A DNA stretch of 64,000 nucleotides from an uncultured Alphaproteobacteria bacterium (GTDB taxonomy: Bacteria > Pseudomonadota > Alphaproteobacteria > Methylaequorales > Methylaequoraceae): NCBI GenBank assembly GCA_902563305.1, contig CACEWP010000002.1, positions 87,066-151,065 on the forward strand. The letters are read 5' to 3'. The notes under the pieces were generated by a model that was not told where the DNA came from, ran no database searches, and worked only from the letters and a program-made list of their open reading frames with translations. Numbering within the stretch: the first letter of the stretch is position 1; each line of letters begins with the position of its first letter. The position numbers and the translations under genes are program-made. Below, in pieces: positions 9,609 through 19,388 of the stretch.

Positions 9609-9645
9609 AACTCGTGCTACGAATGTAGCACGAGTTATCATTTTA
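9609..9645 (+). terminator. Rho-independent terminator (12-bp perfect stem AACTCGTGCTAC/GTAGCACGAGTT, GAAT loop, T-rich tail)
   Basis: Perfect inverted repeat seen directly, 11 nt after the dehydrogenase stop. Confidence 0.6.
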
Positions 9646-9768
9646 TCCTAAAAATACCCTCAAAGAAATTTGTCGACCTCTTGAAACTAGTAAATTTTCC
9701 ATTAACATTCAAACCATATTAATTCATAAAAAGTACTAATGTTTTATAAACTGTATTTCTTAATATTT

Positions 9769-9845
9769 GGCGGAGTAGCTCAGGTGGTTAGAGCAGCGGA
9801 ATCATAATCCGCGTGTCGGGGGTTCAAGTCCCTCCTCCGCTACCA
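9769..9845 (+). tRNA. tRNA-Met (anticodon CAT); G1-C72 pair argues for elongator or a lysidine-modified tRNA-Ile2 rather than initiator
   Basis: Cloverleaf: acceptor GGCGGAG/CTCCGCC, D-loop AGCTCAGGTGGTTAGAGC, anticodon stem GCGGA/TCCGC with loop ATCATAA, T-arm GGTTCAAGTCC, 3' CCA encoded. Confidence 0.85.
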
Positions 9846-9883
9846 TGAAATAGTTAGCTTAATTCGTACATGGGAGATAAAAA

Positions 9884-10606
9884 ATGAGTTACTTTAAAAA
9901 GTTAAGAAAATCTTTAAAAAGTACTTATTTTTTCAATATCATTCAAAACTATTTTCATAATCCTATTAAAACATACTCAGATTGTTTTGGAGAGGATTTA
10001 TTTGTAAATAACTACTTTTCTGGGGTTCGTAAAGGTTTTTATTTAGATATTGGGTGCAATCAGCCCAAGATTAATTCGCTGACCTACTCTCTTTATAAAA
10101 AAGGATGGAAAGGTTTAAATTGCGATATATCCGAGCGTTGCATAAAACTCTATAAATTTTTTAGAAAAGATGATGTAAACCTAAATATTGCTGTTGGTCC
10201 AGTAGAAAAAAAAGTAAATTCATTTATTTTTTATGAAAATTGCACAATGAATACAGTTGATGAAGACTTTAAAAAACATACATTTAAAAGTGTTAATAAA
10301 GAACCAGAAATAAGAGTAATAGAACAAAAGACTCTCAATCAAATACTAATTGAAAATAATGTTAAAGTAATTGATTATTTAAATATTGATGTTGAAGGTT
10401 ATGAAATCAATGTATTGAAGGGATTTAGTATAAAAAAATATAGTCCTAAATTAATTTCAATTGAAATTCATGATACTCAATGTCCTCCGGAAAAAAATCA
10501 GATTTATCAATATTTTATGAGAAATAACTATACGTTAGTGTCAATTTATGGATGGACGTATTTTTTTGAATATAAAAAAAATTCAAAGGTTCACTTTAAA
10601 ATTTAA
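9884..10606 (+). CDS. FkbM-family SAM-dependent methyltransferase
   Basis: 240 aa; glycine-rich motif YLDIGCNQP plus acidic second motif (LNCDISE) typical of the FkbM family; GGGAG RBS. Confidence 0.55.
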   Translation: MSYFKKLRKSLKSTYFFNIIQNYFHNPIKTYSDCFGEDLFVNNYFSGVRKGFYLDIGCNQPKINSLTYSLYKKGWKGLNCDISERCIKLYKFFRKDDVNLNIAVGPVEKKVNSFIFYENCTMNTVDEDFKKHTFKSVNKEPEIRVIEQKTLNQILIENNVKVIDYLNIDVEGYEINVLKGFSIKKYSPKLISIEIHDTQCPPEKNQIYQYFMRNNYTLVSIYGWTYFFEYKKNSKVHFKI

Positions 10607-10631
10607 ATCTTTAGAATCTAATTAGTGTAAA

Positions 10632-10946
10632 ATGATAAAAAAAAATTGTATAGATTTGATTAAAATTTTTCTAACAACAATTCTTTTTATAAGTTTTAAT
10701 TTTGTTTTAGTTAATAGTAATCAAATTGTAGATAAAAATAATATATGTACCTCTGAAGATGACAAAAATTCAAATTATACTTGTTACGAGTTTTGTTGTG
10801 TAGATAATGACCCAACGTCTATTAACGCAATAGTATTTAAAGCTACTTTTTTCAATCTTGAAGAAAAATTTGTAATTTATTTAAATCACAAAAGTAAATT
10901 AATAGATCCAAAATCAAATTCCCCGCCAGCAATTATTTTTTCTTAA
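10632..10946 (+). CDS. small secreted Cys-containing hypothetical protein
   Basis: N-terminal signal/TM helix then CTSEDD..YTCYEFCCVDND cysteine cluster; no recognised family. Confidence 0.35.
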   Translation: MIKKNCIDLIKIFLTTILFISFNFVLVNSNQIVDKNNICTSEDDKNSNYTCYEFCCVDNDPTSINAIVFKATFFNLEEKFVIYLNHKSKLIDPKSNSPPAIIFS

Positions 10947-10979
10947 AAGTCTAATAATAAATTTTGAAAGGAAAAAATA

Positions 10980-12014
10980 ATGTTTAAGTCACTAATTTTG
11001 TTAGTTGTACTGTTATTCTCAGTAGTCAGTAAATTATATTCTGATGAATTACATATGGCTGATAGTCACGGCCCCATTTCTTTAATGGGTGATCACATAC
11101 ATAAAAAAGGAGAAGTAATGTTTTCTTATAGATTCGGTCATATGAAAATGAATAATATTATGAACGGAACTAAAAATCTAAGAATAGATGAAGTTACCTC
11201 AAGACCAAACTCAGCTTCAAATGGTTCTGGCGTATATATGAATAGTCCTATTTCGATGAAAATGGATATGCACATGTTTGGAGCAATGTATGCTCCATCT
11301 GATCAATTGACTTTGATGATAATGACAAGTTACTTGGAAAAAGAAATGACACAACAAAGAATGCCAATGGCAGGTAGTGCAAGGTTTGATGTTAATTCTT
11401 CTGGGATTGGAGATACAAGAGTATCTGGTTTAATAAAGTTGTATAATGGTATTTCTACAAAAACTCATTTCGGGATTGGACTAAGCTTACCCACTGGTAG
11501 TATAGATAAAAGAGACGCAACTCCTGTATCCAGTGACGCTAGATTGGGGTATGCAATGCAAAATGGATCAGGTTCTTTTGACCCATATTTTTTTATTAAT
11601 AATGTGAATAGTATAGGAAGATTTAAGATTGGTCAGCAATTTATCTATAAAACCTCTTCTGGAAAAAATTCAAAGGACTATAATTATGGTGATAATTATA
11701 ATGCGACTATTTGGTCCTCAGTACGCTGGGCTAATAATGTAAGTACTTCAGCAAAAATTAATTATGATTACAGAGAGAAAATGAATGGATCAGATAATGA
11801 AATGAACCCAAGAATGAGCCCTTCAATGGATTCATACAATCAAGGTCATCAAAAAATGAACCTAGGATTGGGAGTAAATTTAATCAATCACAATAATTTT
11901 TTAAAAAACCATAGGCTTGGAATTGAGGGAATTATTCCTTTATATCAGAGGTATGAGGGTCTTCAGATGAAAGAAACTTTTAGACTGACTATTGGTTGGC
12001 AGTATGGTTTTTGA
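10980..12014 (+). CDS. Met/His-rich outer-membrane beta-barrel protein (possible CopB/PcoB-like or MetA-pathway-type OMP)
   Basis: Signal peptide, alternating amphipathic beta-strand pattern, C-terminal ...IGWQYGF aromatic terminus typical of OMP barrels; N-terminal third rich in M-x-M / MHM motifs. Confidence 0.45.
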   Translation: MFKSLILLVVLLFSVVSKLYSDELHMADSHGPISLMGDHIHKKGEVMFSYRFGHMKMNNIMNGTKNLRIDEVTSRPNSASNGSGVYMNSPISMKMDMHMFGAMYAPSDQLTLMIMTSYLEKEMTQQRMPMAGSARFDVNSSGIGDTRVSGLIKLYNGISTKTHFGIGLSLPTGSIDKRDATPVSSDARLGYAMQNGSGSFDPYFFINNVNSIGRFKIGQQFIYKTSSGKNSKDYNYGDNYNATIWSSVRWANNVSTSAKINYDYREKMNGSDNEMNPRMSPSMDSYNQGHQKMNLGLGVNLINHNNFLKNHRLGIEGIIPLYQRYEGLQMKETFRLTIGWQYGF

Positions 12015-12080
12015 AAATAAGTTGAAAAATGCTATTATTTATAGATAATTGAATTATTAACATAAAATAACGTCAGTATT

Positions 12081-12371
12081 ATGATTAAAAAAAGCTGCTT
12101 ATTAATTTCATTTATTGTTTTTTGTTCTTTTTCTTTAAAAAAAGTAGAATCTCTAAATCTTTTTGAATTTGCTCTTGTTGGGATAGGTTCAGCATACGTT
12201 GCAGATCAATACTTTGACTCATCATTAGAATATACTAATGATTACAAACTTAAAAAGGATGTCATTAGAAAGTTTTATGATGACAAAAGAAGGAGTATTT
12301 CTTCAAGTCGCTTTAGTGGATTACCGATAAACCAGCAATTACTTTTAATTGAAGAATTAGAAAATTTTTAG
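12081..12371 (+). CDS. small secreted hypothetical protein
   Basis: 96 aa with signal peptide; no recognised domain. Confidence 0.3.
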   Translation: MIKKSCLLISFIVFCSFSLKKVESLNLFEFALVGIGSAYVADQYFDSSLEYTNDYKLKKDVIRKFYDDKRRSISSSRFSGLPINQQLLLIEELENF

Positions 12372-12408
12372 AAAAACTAAACAAACTATCAACAAGTCGT
12401 TTATTACC

Positions 12409-12885
12409 ATGATGATAAAATTATCGATATTTCTTTCTTTTTTACTTTTTTGTCTCCCTCTAAAAAGTAATACTTTTAGCGAGGTGTTTGGGAGTGAAGG
12501 GGCTGCTGGGATAGAGAATTCAAAAACTAGAAGCCTTAGTTATACTCTTCAATATGCAACACTGACGGGTTCCATTGGTTATGTTCTTAAGAATCTTCAT
12601 GATACTGGTTTTTTAGAGCCATTTGGTTTTACACCTAATACATTTAAAAATTTATCACCTCTTGCATACAAAAAAAAGTTTTTATTAGATAAGCATTCTG
12701 CCAACATAATTGCAGTAAACCAAAAAGTCGACGAAATTAACTATTTTAATGACTTGAGACAGAATATAATGGATAGGAGATATTCTCCTGAAGTTATTGA
12801 AATGAAAAATAATAATAATTTTGATAACTCAATTCTAAATTTTAATAATAGAAATTCACTGGTGGAGAGATATTTTGATAAGTAA
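12409..12885 (+). CDS. secreted hypothetical protein
   Basis: 158 aa, signal peptide, Asn-rich C-terminus. Confidence 0.35.
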   Translation: MMIKLSIFLSFLLFCLPLKSNTFSEVFGSEGAAGIENSKTRSLSYTLQYATLTGSIGYVLKNLHDTGFLEPFGFTPNTFKNLSPLAYKKKFLLDKHSANIIAVNQKVDEINYFNDLRQNIMDRRYSPEVIEMKNNNNFDNSILNFNNRNSLVERYFDK

Positions 12886-13348
12886 TACAAAAAAAATCTT
12901 AATTTTACTAATTGTTCTTTTTATAACTTCCTGCTCTTCCAACGGTAGTATTGACAAATCAGCTGTTATGAAAACTACCTCAACTGCTGTTGGGGGTTAT
13001 TTTGGATACCAACTTGGAGATGGTGACCTATTATCAACAACTGTTGGTTCAACTTTAGGTGCTATAGTTGGAAGTTATTTAATTGATTTTATAAATCAAG
13101 ATGATTACTACTTTTTTAAAGAAGAAACTTTGAGAGTTCTTGAGATTAATGATAATAATTCTTCTGTAAATTCAGGGTATTGGAGAAATCCTAAAAGTGG
13201 CAATAAGGGTGTAATTAAAATTAAAGGTTATTTTGGATCACCTGAGTGTAGACTAATTGAAAATATTTATGTAAAAGGTAATAAGTCTAGCAATTCTTTC
13301 AGGACTGCATGTAGAGAAAAAAGTGGACAATGGGCTATGATGAAATAA
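12875..13348 (+). CDS. glycine-zipper outer-membrane lipoprotein (Rickettsia 17-kDa surface antigen-like)
   Basis: Lipobox (FITSC), glycine-zipper GGYFGYQLG...VGSTLGAIVGSYL, C-terminal C..C pair (CRLIEN ... ACREKSGQW); paralogue at 34833-35297. Confidence 0.55.
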   Translation: MISNTKKILILLIVLFITSCSSNGSIDKSAVMKTTSTAVGGYFGYQLGDGDLLSTTVGSTLGAIVGSYLIDFINQDDYYFFKEETLRVLEINDNNSSVNSGYWRNPKSGNKGVIKIKGYFGSPECRLIENIYVKGNKSSNSFRTACREKSGQWAMMK

Positions 13349-13388
13349 TATATTTAAATTAATTCAAATTGTATTATATCATATAATT

Positions 13389-14147
13389 ATGATTATTATT
13401 TCACCTTCTAAAAATCTTAATTTGAAAAATGAAGCTTTTAATTTTCAACAGTCCTCTCCATTCTTTGGCTCTCAAACCAAACAAATCATTAACAAAATTA
13501 AATTATTAAATTTTAAAGAGATAAAGTCTCTAATGAATGTCAGTGAATCTTTAGCAAAGCTGAATTTTGAAAGATTTGAGATTTTTAATTCAAAGAATAA
13601 TATTAGAAAACCAGCTGCTTTTATTTTTTCAGGTGACACTTTTAATGGTCTTTCTATAAGATCACTAAATGAGTCTGACTTAGAATATGCTCAAATAAAT
13701 CTTAGAATTTTATCAGGACTATATGGTATTTTGAGACCTTATGATATAATCGAACCTTATAGATTAGAAATGGGAACTAAAATTAGTAAGATCCTGGGGA
13801 GTAGTTTGTATGATTTCTGGAAGGAAAAAATTACAGCTAAATTAAATGAAGAAATTAAAAACTCTGAATCAACATTTTTATTCAATCTTGCATCAGAAGA
13901 ATATTATTCTGTATTAGATTTTGCAAAAGTAAAATGTGAATTGATAAATTTTGATTTTAAAAAAATTAAAAAAGGCAAGATTTCTGGTATTGGTATGATG
14001 ATTAAAAAGTTAAGAGGAGAAATGGCAAAGTTTATTATCTCTAATAAAGTTAACTCATTAAAGAAGTTCGAGGAATTCAATGAACTTGGCTTTAAGTTTT
14101 CTTCATTTGATGAAACTAATCGTAAATTCTTATTTATATCTAAATGA
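13389..14147 (+). CDS. yaaA: UPF0246/YaaA-family peroxide-stress protein
   Basis: N-terminus MIIISPSKNLN matches the YaaA family start (MLILISPAK...); 252 aa. Confidence 0.7.
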   Translation: MIIISPSKNLNLKNEAFNFQQSSPFFGSQTKQIINKIKLLNFKEIKSLMNVSESLAKLNFERFEIFNSKNNIRKPAAFIFSGDTFNGLSIRSLNESDLEYAQINLRILSGLYGILRPYDIIEPYRLEMGTKISKILGSSLYDFWKEKITAKLNEEIKNSESTFLFNLASEEYYSVLDFAKVKCELINFDFKKIKKGKISGIGMMIKKLRGEMAKFIISNKVNSLKKFEEFNELGFKFSSFDETNRKFLFISK

Positions 14148-15064
14148 GTAAGAAAACCATAGTCGTTCAAATACCTTGTCTTAACGAAGAGAAAGGTCTT
14201 CCACATGTTATTCAGAATATAAAGTCAAAAATTCCAAGATGTAGAATAATAGTTTATGATAATGGCTCAGATGATAATTCAGTGAATGTCGCGCTTAAAA
14301 AAGGTGCTGAAGTTCGTCACGTAGACAAAAAAGGGAAGGGTAATGTTGTCAGACGTATGTTTTCAGATCAAATTGAAGCTGACTATTTTATAATGATTGA
14401 TGGAGATAATACTTACGATGTATCAAAACTTGACGATATGGTTAAATTAATGACAAAATTTAACTATGATATGCTTATAGGGAAAAGGATTCACAAAGAC
14501 TCTTCTGCATATAGAAAGGGACATGTTATTGGAAATAAATTTTTTTCGAACTTTGTTAATCTTTTTTTCGGTAAAGATATAACTGATATATTTTCTGGAT
14601 TAAGAATTTTTACAAAAAGATTTGTAAAAACTTTTCCACTTTATTCTCAAGAATTCGAAATTGAAGCTGAATTAACTATTCATGCGCTTGAGCAAAGGAT
14701 GTCAGTTTATGAATATGATTGTTTCTATAGTGCAAGAAGTGAGGGTTCGTATAGTAAACTAAGTACGGTAAAAGATGGTATTAAAATCTTAAAATTAATC
14801 TTGATTCTTATTAAAGATGAAAAACCTTTATTCTTTTTTAGTATTTTTAGCCTTTCTTTTCTTATTTTCTCCTTACTAATTGGTATACCAGTTATTCGTG
14901 ATTTTTATCTGACAGGATTGGTTGAGAAAATACCTTCGGCTATTCTCGCTGGTTTTTTGATGATGTTAAGTTTTCTAAGTTTTTTTTCTGGATTAATTTT
15001 AGACATAATTAAAAAACTAAGATATGAGAATAAAAGAATGAACTTTCTTCTTTATAAAGACTAG
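14144..15064 (+). CDS. family-2 glycosyltransferase with C-terminal TM anchor (polyprenyl-phosphate sugar transferase-like)
   Basis: GT2 motifs (VVQIPCLNEE, DGDNTYD, DxD-like), two C-terminal TM helices as in DPM1/ArnC-type enzymes. Confidence 0.7.
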   Translation: MSKKTIVVQIPCLNEEKGLPHVIQNIKSKIPRCRIIVYDNGSDDNSVNVALKKGAEVRHVDKKGKGNVVRRMFSDQIEADYFIMIDGDNTYDVSKLDDMVKLMTKFNYDMLIGKRIHKDSSAYRKGHVIGNKFFSNFVNLFFGKDITDIFSGLRIFTKRFVKTFPLYSQEFEIEAELTIHALEQRMSVYEYDCFYSARSEGSYSKLSTVKDGIKILKLILILIKDEKPLFFFSIFSLSFLIFSLLIGIPVIRDFYLTGLVEKIPSAILAGFLMMLSFLSFFSGLILDIIKKLRYENKRMNFLLYKD

Positions 15065-15066
15065 CT

Positions 15067-15336
15067 TTATTTAATTGGGATTTTTACAGTTTTTTTTGAA
15101 ATCTTATCGTTCAAATTTTCATCTATAATTTTTTTTTTATTTTCATTAATTAGCCAAACCATTTGCATTGCTAACGCATGAATTCTTTTAGCTTTTGATT
15201 CCCCTGATAGAATCCTAGCATATTGTCTTTTACTTATACCTAAAGTCTCCGATGCGCTTTGAATGGTGAGATCATTGATTTTCATCCATTGTCTTATTTC
15301 GTTCGGACTTGGTTCATTAATATTCAAGAATAACAA
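15067..15336 (-). CDS. small XRE-family helix-turn-helix protein
   Basis: LTIQSASETLGISKRQYARILSGES matches the XRE HTH consensus; 1-nt spacing from the upstream actP stop. Confidence 0.45.
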   Translation of the reverse strand: MLFLNINEPSPNEIRQWMKINDLTIQSASETLGISKRQYARILSGESKAKRIHALAMQMVWLINENKKKIIDENLNDKISKKTVKIPIK

Positions 15337-15337
15337 T

Positions 15338-16942
15338 CTATAATTTCCCTAAATATGCTTTTCTTGTAAGTTTATTAAATTTTTCCAAATTTTCAAATTT
15401 GTTTGTCTTTTTATCAGAAATAGAAATTACAAATATTGCAATAAATGAAATACTTACAGTAAAAATGGCTGGATATTTGTATGGAAAAATTGCATTTTGA
15501 AATCCAAAAACTTCCACCCATATTGTTGGCCCTAATACCACTAAAGTTATAGTTGCAACCAAACCAATTAACCCTCCGTAATAAGCCCCATTAGTTGTTA
15601 AATTTTTCCATGATATCGTCAGGAAAAGTATTGGAAAATTTGTGCTTGCTGCCACAGCAAATGCTAGACCTACCATGAAAGCAACATTCTGTCCTTCAAA
15701 AAAAATTCCAAGAAAGATAGCTAATAGACCAATAAAAACACTAGAAAATTTCGACACCTTTAATTCCTCTTTTTCATTTGCCTTACCTTTTTTAATAACA
15801 TAAACGAATAAATCTCTACCAATTGCAGATGCTCCAGCAAGAGTAAGACCGGAAACAACTGCTAATATTGTTGCAAACGCCACTGCAGATATAAATCCTA
15901 GAAAAATTTCCCCTCCTATCGAGTGTGACAGATGAATAGCAGCCATGTTATTAGAACCTAATAATTTACCAGTATCATCAAGATAAAGAGGGTTTTGCGA
16001 TAGAAAAACTATTGCACCAAAGCCTATGACAAAAGTCAAAATATAAAAGTATCCTATAAATGTTGTAGCATATAAAGCAGATATTCTGGCACTCTTTGCG
16101 TCTGGTACTGTAAAAAATCTCATTAAAATATGCGGCAAACCAGCAGTACCTAAAATCAATGCTATGCCAAGAGATATTGCAGATATTGGATCACTGATAA
16201 GTTTTCCTGGAAAGAGTATTTCCATCTTGCTTTCATGAACAGATACTGCTTCATACAACAAATTACTTAGGCTAAACGAAAATTCTTTAAAAACAAGGAA
16301 TGCCAAAACTGAAGCTCCAAAAATTAATAAAAATGCTTTAATAATTTGAACCCAAGTGGTTGCTATCATTCCTCCAAAGCTAACATAAATTATCATCAGC
16401 AGACCTACAATCCATACTGCAATTTCATAATTCAATCCAAATAAAATTTGTATAAGCGAACCAGCCCCTACCATTTGTGCTATAAGATATAGGGTTATTG
16501 TTACTAAAGTTCCAATTGATGATAAAATTCTAATTTTTGATTGTTCTAACCTTATAGAGGTGATATCTGCAAATGTAAATTTACCTAAATTTTTTAATCT
16601 TTCAGAAATTAAAAATAAAATAATTGGCCAACCAACCAAAAACCCAATTGAATAAATCAATCCGTCAAATCCAGAATAAAAAACTAAACCGGAAATTCCT
16701 AAAAATGAAGCTGCTGACATATAATCACCAGCAATAGCCAGTCCATTTTGGAAACCAGATATTTTACCACCCGCAGCGTAATAGTTTTCTTTAACATTTG
16801 TTTTCTTTGAAGCAAAATAAGTTATCAGTAGTGTGATAATGACAAAAATAAGAAAAATTATTGCAGCAAAATAATTACTTTGACCAGTGCTAGAAAATAC
16901 TGGAAAAGGAAATAATGAAAAGAATGCTAGGAACAAAATCAT
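15338..16942 (-). CDS. actP: sodium:solute symporter family cation/acetate symporter (ActP-like)
   Basis: 534 aa, about 13 TM helices, SSS family signatures; preceded by a DUF485 gene as in yjcH-actP. Confidence 0.85.
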   Translation of the reverse strand: MILFLAFFSLFPFPVFSSTGQSNYFAAIIFLIFVIITLLITYFASKKTNVKENYYAAGGKISGFQNGLAIAGDYMSAASFLGISGLVFYSGFDGLIYSIGFLVGWPIILFLISERLKNLGKFTFADITSIRLEQSKIRILSSIGTLVTITLYLIAQMVGAGSLIQILFGLNYEIAVWIVGLLMIIYVSFGGMIATTWVQIIKAFLLIFGASVLAFLVFKEFSFSLSNLLYEAVSVHESKMEILFPGKLISDPISAISLGIALILGTAGLPHILMRFFTVPDAKSARISALYATTFIGYFYILTFVIGFGAIVFLSQNPLYLDDTGKLLGSNNMAAIHLSHSIGGEIFLGFISAVAFATILAVVSGLTLAGASAIGRDLFVYVIKKGKANEKEELKVSKFSSVFIGLLAIFLGIFFEGQNVAFMVGLAFAVAASTNFPILFLTISWKNLTTNGAYYGGLIGLVATITLVVLGPTIWVEVFGFQNAIFPYKYPAIFTVSISFIAIFVISISDKKTNKFENLEKFNKLTRKAYLGKL

Positions 16943-17211
16943 TTATTTAATTGATCTTTAATTTTGTCAAGATAGTTGTTTGATATGAATGTATAAACAA
17001 ATGTTATGAAAATTGAAAAAACTATGACAAATAATCCGATAACTATACCTACAGTTATATAACTGTCACCAACTAGAATTCCAAATAATTCTGGTTTGAA
17101 ACCAATAATTAGGATGAAAGAAAAATAAAAGAAAAGTACTAAGAGTGAAAATGAGAATGCTATTATTTTATTCAAAAAAATGAATCGGTTATAATTTTTT
17201 TCTCTAGACAA
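16939..17211 (-). CDS. DUF485 inner-membrane protein (YjcH-like partner of ActP)
   Basis: 90 aa, two TM helices, 4-nt overlap with the actP start. Confidence 0.65.
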   Translation of the reverse strand: MSREKNYNRFIFLNKIIAFSFSLLVLFFYFSFILIIGFKPELFGILVGDSYITVGIVIGLFVIVFSIFITFVYTFISNNYLDKIKDQLNK

Positions 17212-17230
17212 ACATCAACTTTCAAAAAGT

Positions 17231-17256
17231 AAGCCAAACGTAAATACGCTTGGCTT
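17231..17256 (-). terminator. Rho-independent terminator after the aldehyde dehydrogenase gene
   Basis: 7-bp stem AAGCCAA/TTGGCTT followed (on minus strand) by a T-run. Confidence 0.4.
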
Positions 17257-17268
17257 AAATATTAGGTG

Positions 17269-18798
17269 TTAAAGGTTAACTGTAACTGCTTTAACTTCAG
17301 TATAGTTTTTTAGAACTTCGTGTCCCATTTCTCTTCCCCAACCCGACTCTTTGTATCCTCCGAATGGAAGGGATGCATCAAAGATATTATGACAATTAAT
17401 CCAAACTGTACCAGCTCTAATTTTTGCTGCAAGCTTGTGTGCAGTGCTTATATCTTTGGTCCATACACTTGCTGCTAAACCAAAGTTTGTATTATTTGCT
17501 TCTTCAGCAATCTTTTCTAGACTTTCGTCAGAAAAAGGTTGAGCACAAACAACAGGTCCAAATATTTCCTCTTTAACCAAAGTCATATCAGCGTTTGTTT
17601 TTGCAAAAACTGTGGGATGAACAAAGTGACCACCTGAAGAATTATCACATGTTCCTCCTGCTACTATCTCACCGCCTTCAGATTTTCCTGATTCAATATA
17701 TCCAGAAACTTTTTTAAATTGTTCATCTGATACTAATGGACCCATTTCGGTTGAAGTATCCATACCAGGTCCAACTTTGATGTTTTCTGCAATTTTAGCA
17801 ATACCCTCAGAAACTCGATCAAAAACTTTTTCATGTGCAAATAATCTAGATCCTGCACAACAGCATTGTCCGTGATTGAAGAAAATTGCTGACGCAGCTC
17901 CAGCAATGGCTGCATCAATATCAGCATCTGGAAAAACTATTGTTGGTGACTTTCCTCCAAGTTCTAAGGATACTTTTTTAAGGTTTCCTGCTGCGGCTTT
18001 TGTAATTATTTTACCGACCTCAGTAGAACCTGTGAAAGCTACTTTATCAACCATGGGATGTTCAGCCAAGGGTGCCCCAGCTTCTTCACCAAATCCAGTA
18101 ACCATATTTAGTACACCTTTAGGAAGAAGATCTGATTCATGGATAATTTCCATAAGTCTCAGTGCAGAAAGAGGAGTTTGCTCTGCTGGTTTCATTACAA
18201 TAGTACAACCCGCAGTTAATGCAGGCGCTATTTTCCATGCTGCCATTAAGAGAGGAAAATTCCATGGTATTATCTGACCGCAAACTCCCACAGGTTCCCT
18301 TAGAGTGTAACTATGATATTTAGCACCTGGAGTATATAAACATGAGTAAGGGATAGTATTTCCTTCAATTTTAGTAGCCCAACCAGCCATGTACCTAAAA
18401 ATGTCTGATGAGAGCGGGACGTCAGCGGCGCCAGCTACGGCAACGGGTTTTCCATTATCCAACGATTCAAGTTGAGCTAATTCTTCATTATGTTTATCTA
18501 TTAATTCACCTATTTTCCAGATAATTTTCCCTTTTTCATTATTAGGCATATCAGTCCAAATTCCAGAGTCAAAAGCTTTTCTCGCGGCTTTAACAGCTGC
18601 GTCAATATCATTGGAATCTCCTGCAGAACAAGTTGAGATTTTTTTTCCAGTTGCAGGGTCTTCGACATCAAAGGTTTTTCCAGATTTTGATTCAACCCAT
18701 TCACCATTTATATATAATTTCTTTGTTTGATTAAGAAATTTTCCTACATTATCATTTACTGTATAATTTAGTATTGATGCGTCCATTTTTTCCTCCAA
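17269..18798 (-). CDS. NAD(P)+-dependent aldehyde dehydrogenase
   Basis: 509 aa; ALDH glutamate and cysteine active-site signatures (LELGGKSP, FFNHGQCCCAGSR). Confidence 0.9.
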   Translation of the reverse strand: MEEKMDASILNYTVNDNVGKFLNQTKKLYINGEWVESKSGKTFDVEDPATGKKISTCSAGDSNDIDAAVKAARKAFDSGIWTDMPNNEKGKIIWKIGELIDKHNEELAQLESLDNGKPVAVAGAADVPLSSDIFRYMAGWATKIEGNTIPYSCLYTPGAKYHSYTLREPVGVCGQIIPWNFPLLMAAWKIAPALTAGCTIVMKPAEQTPLSALRLMEIIHESDLLPKGVLNMVTGFGEEAGAPLAEHPMVDKVAFTGSTEVGKIITKAAAGNLKKVSLELGGKSPTIVFPDADIDAAIAGAASAIFFNHGQCCCAGSRLFAHEKVFDRVSEGIAKIAENIKVGPGMDTSTEMGPLVSDEQFKKVSGYIESGKSEGGEIVAGGTCDNSSGGHFVHPTVFAKTNADMTLVKEEIFGPVVCAQPFSDESLEKIAEEANNTNFGLAASVWTKDISTAHKLAAKIRAGTVWINCHNIFDASLPFGGYKESGWGREMGHEVLKNYTEVKAVTVNL

Positions 18799-18914
18799 TT
18801 AATAAAACGTTTCTTTGATTTAGATTATCAATACTCTTTTATAATTTCAACTAACTTAAATATAAAAAAGTGAGCATATATCTAGCTTGATGAATGTTAA
18901 TGACTTTCAGAAAT

Positions 18915-19388
18915 CTAGAGTTTCGTTGGATTTGGAGTGTCACCGTAAACATCTTTAGGATCAAAAACCTTTTCCTTTTCTGTGAACTCTAGTTCATCGA
19001 TATATTTACTGTTTTTTGAAGATAATTTCCTGTAAAAACAAGATTTATATCCAACGTGGCAACTTGCTTTTAGACCGGCTAGGTCTACCTTAAAAATAAC
19101 ACAGTCTTGATCATCGTCTATACTAATTTCTTTAATTTTTTGCTTTAATCCACTTGTTTCACCTTTTCTCCATATGCATCTTCTGCTTCTTGACCAGTAG
19201 TGAGCTTCTTTAGTTTCCATAGATAGTCTAAACGCTTCTTCATTCATATATCCATGCATCAGAACTTCATTGTTTGATTTGTCGACTGTGATAACTGGGA
19301 TTAAGTTTTTTTCATCGAATTTTGGTTGTAAAATTTTACCTTCTTCAACTTCCTGAACGGATTCTCTTTTTTTAAATTTCGCAACCAT
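18915..19388 (-). CDS. hisI: phosphoribosyl-AMP cyclohydrolase
   Basis: Conserved ...ETSGLKQKIKEISIDDDQDCVIFKV...SCHVGYKSCFYR region of HisI. Confidence 0.75.
   Translation of the reverse strand: MVAKFKKRESVQEVEEGKILQPKFDEKNLIPVITVDKSNNEVLMHGYMNEEAFRLSMETKEAHYWSRSRRCIWRKGETSGLKQKIKEISIDDDQDCVIFKVDLAGLKASCHVGYKSCFYRKLSSKNSKYIDELEFTEKEKVFDPKDVYGDTPNPTKL

Noticed and set aside
17733-18707. Three ORFs (17733-17927 -, 17876-18277 +, 18510-18707 -) within the aldehyde dehydrogenase gene
   Set aside because: Alternative-frame/antisense ORFs in a gene with clear ALDH signatures
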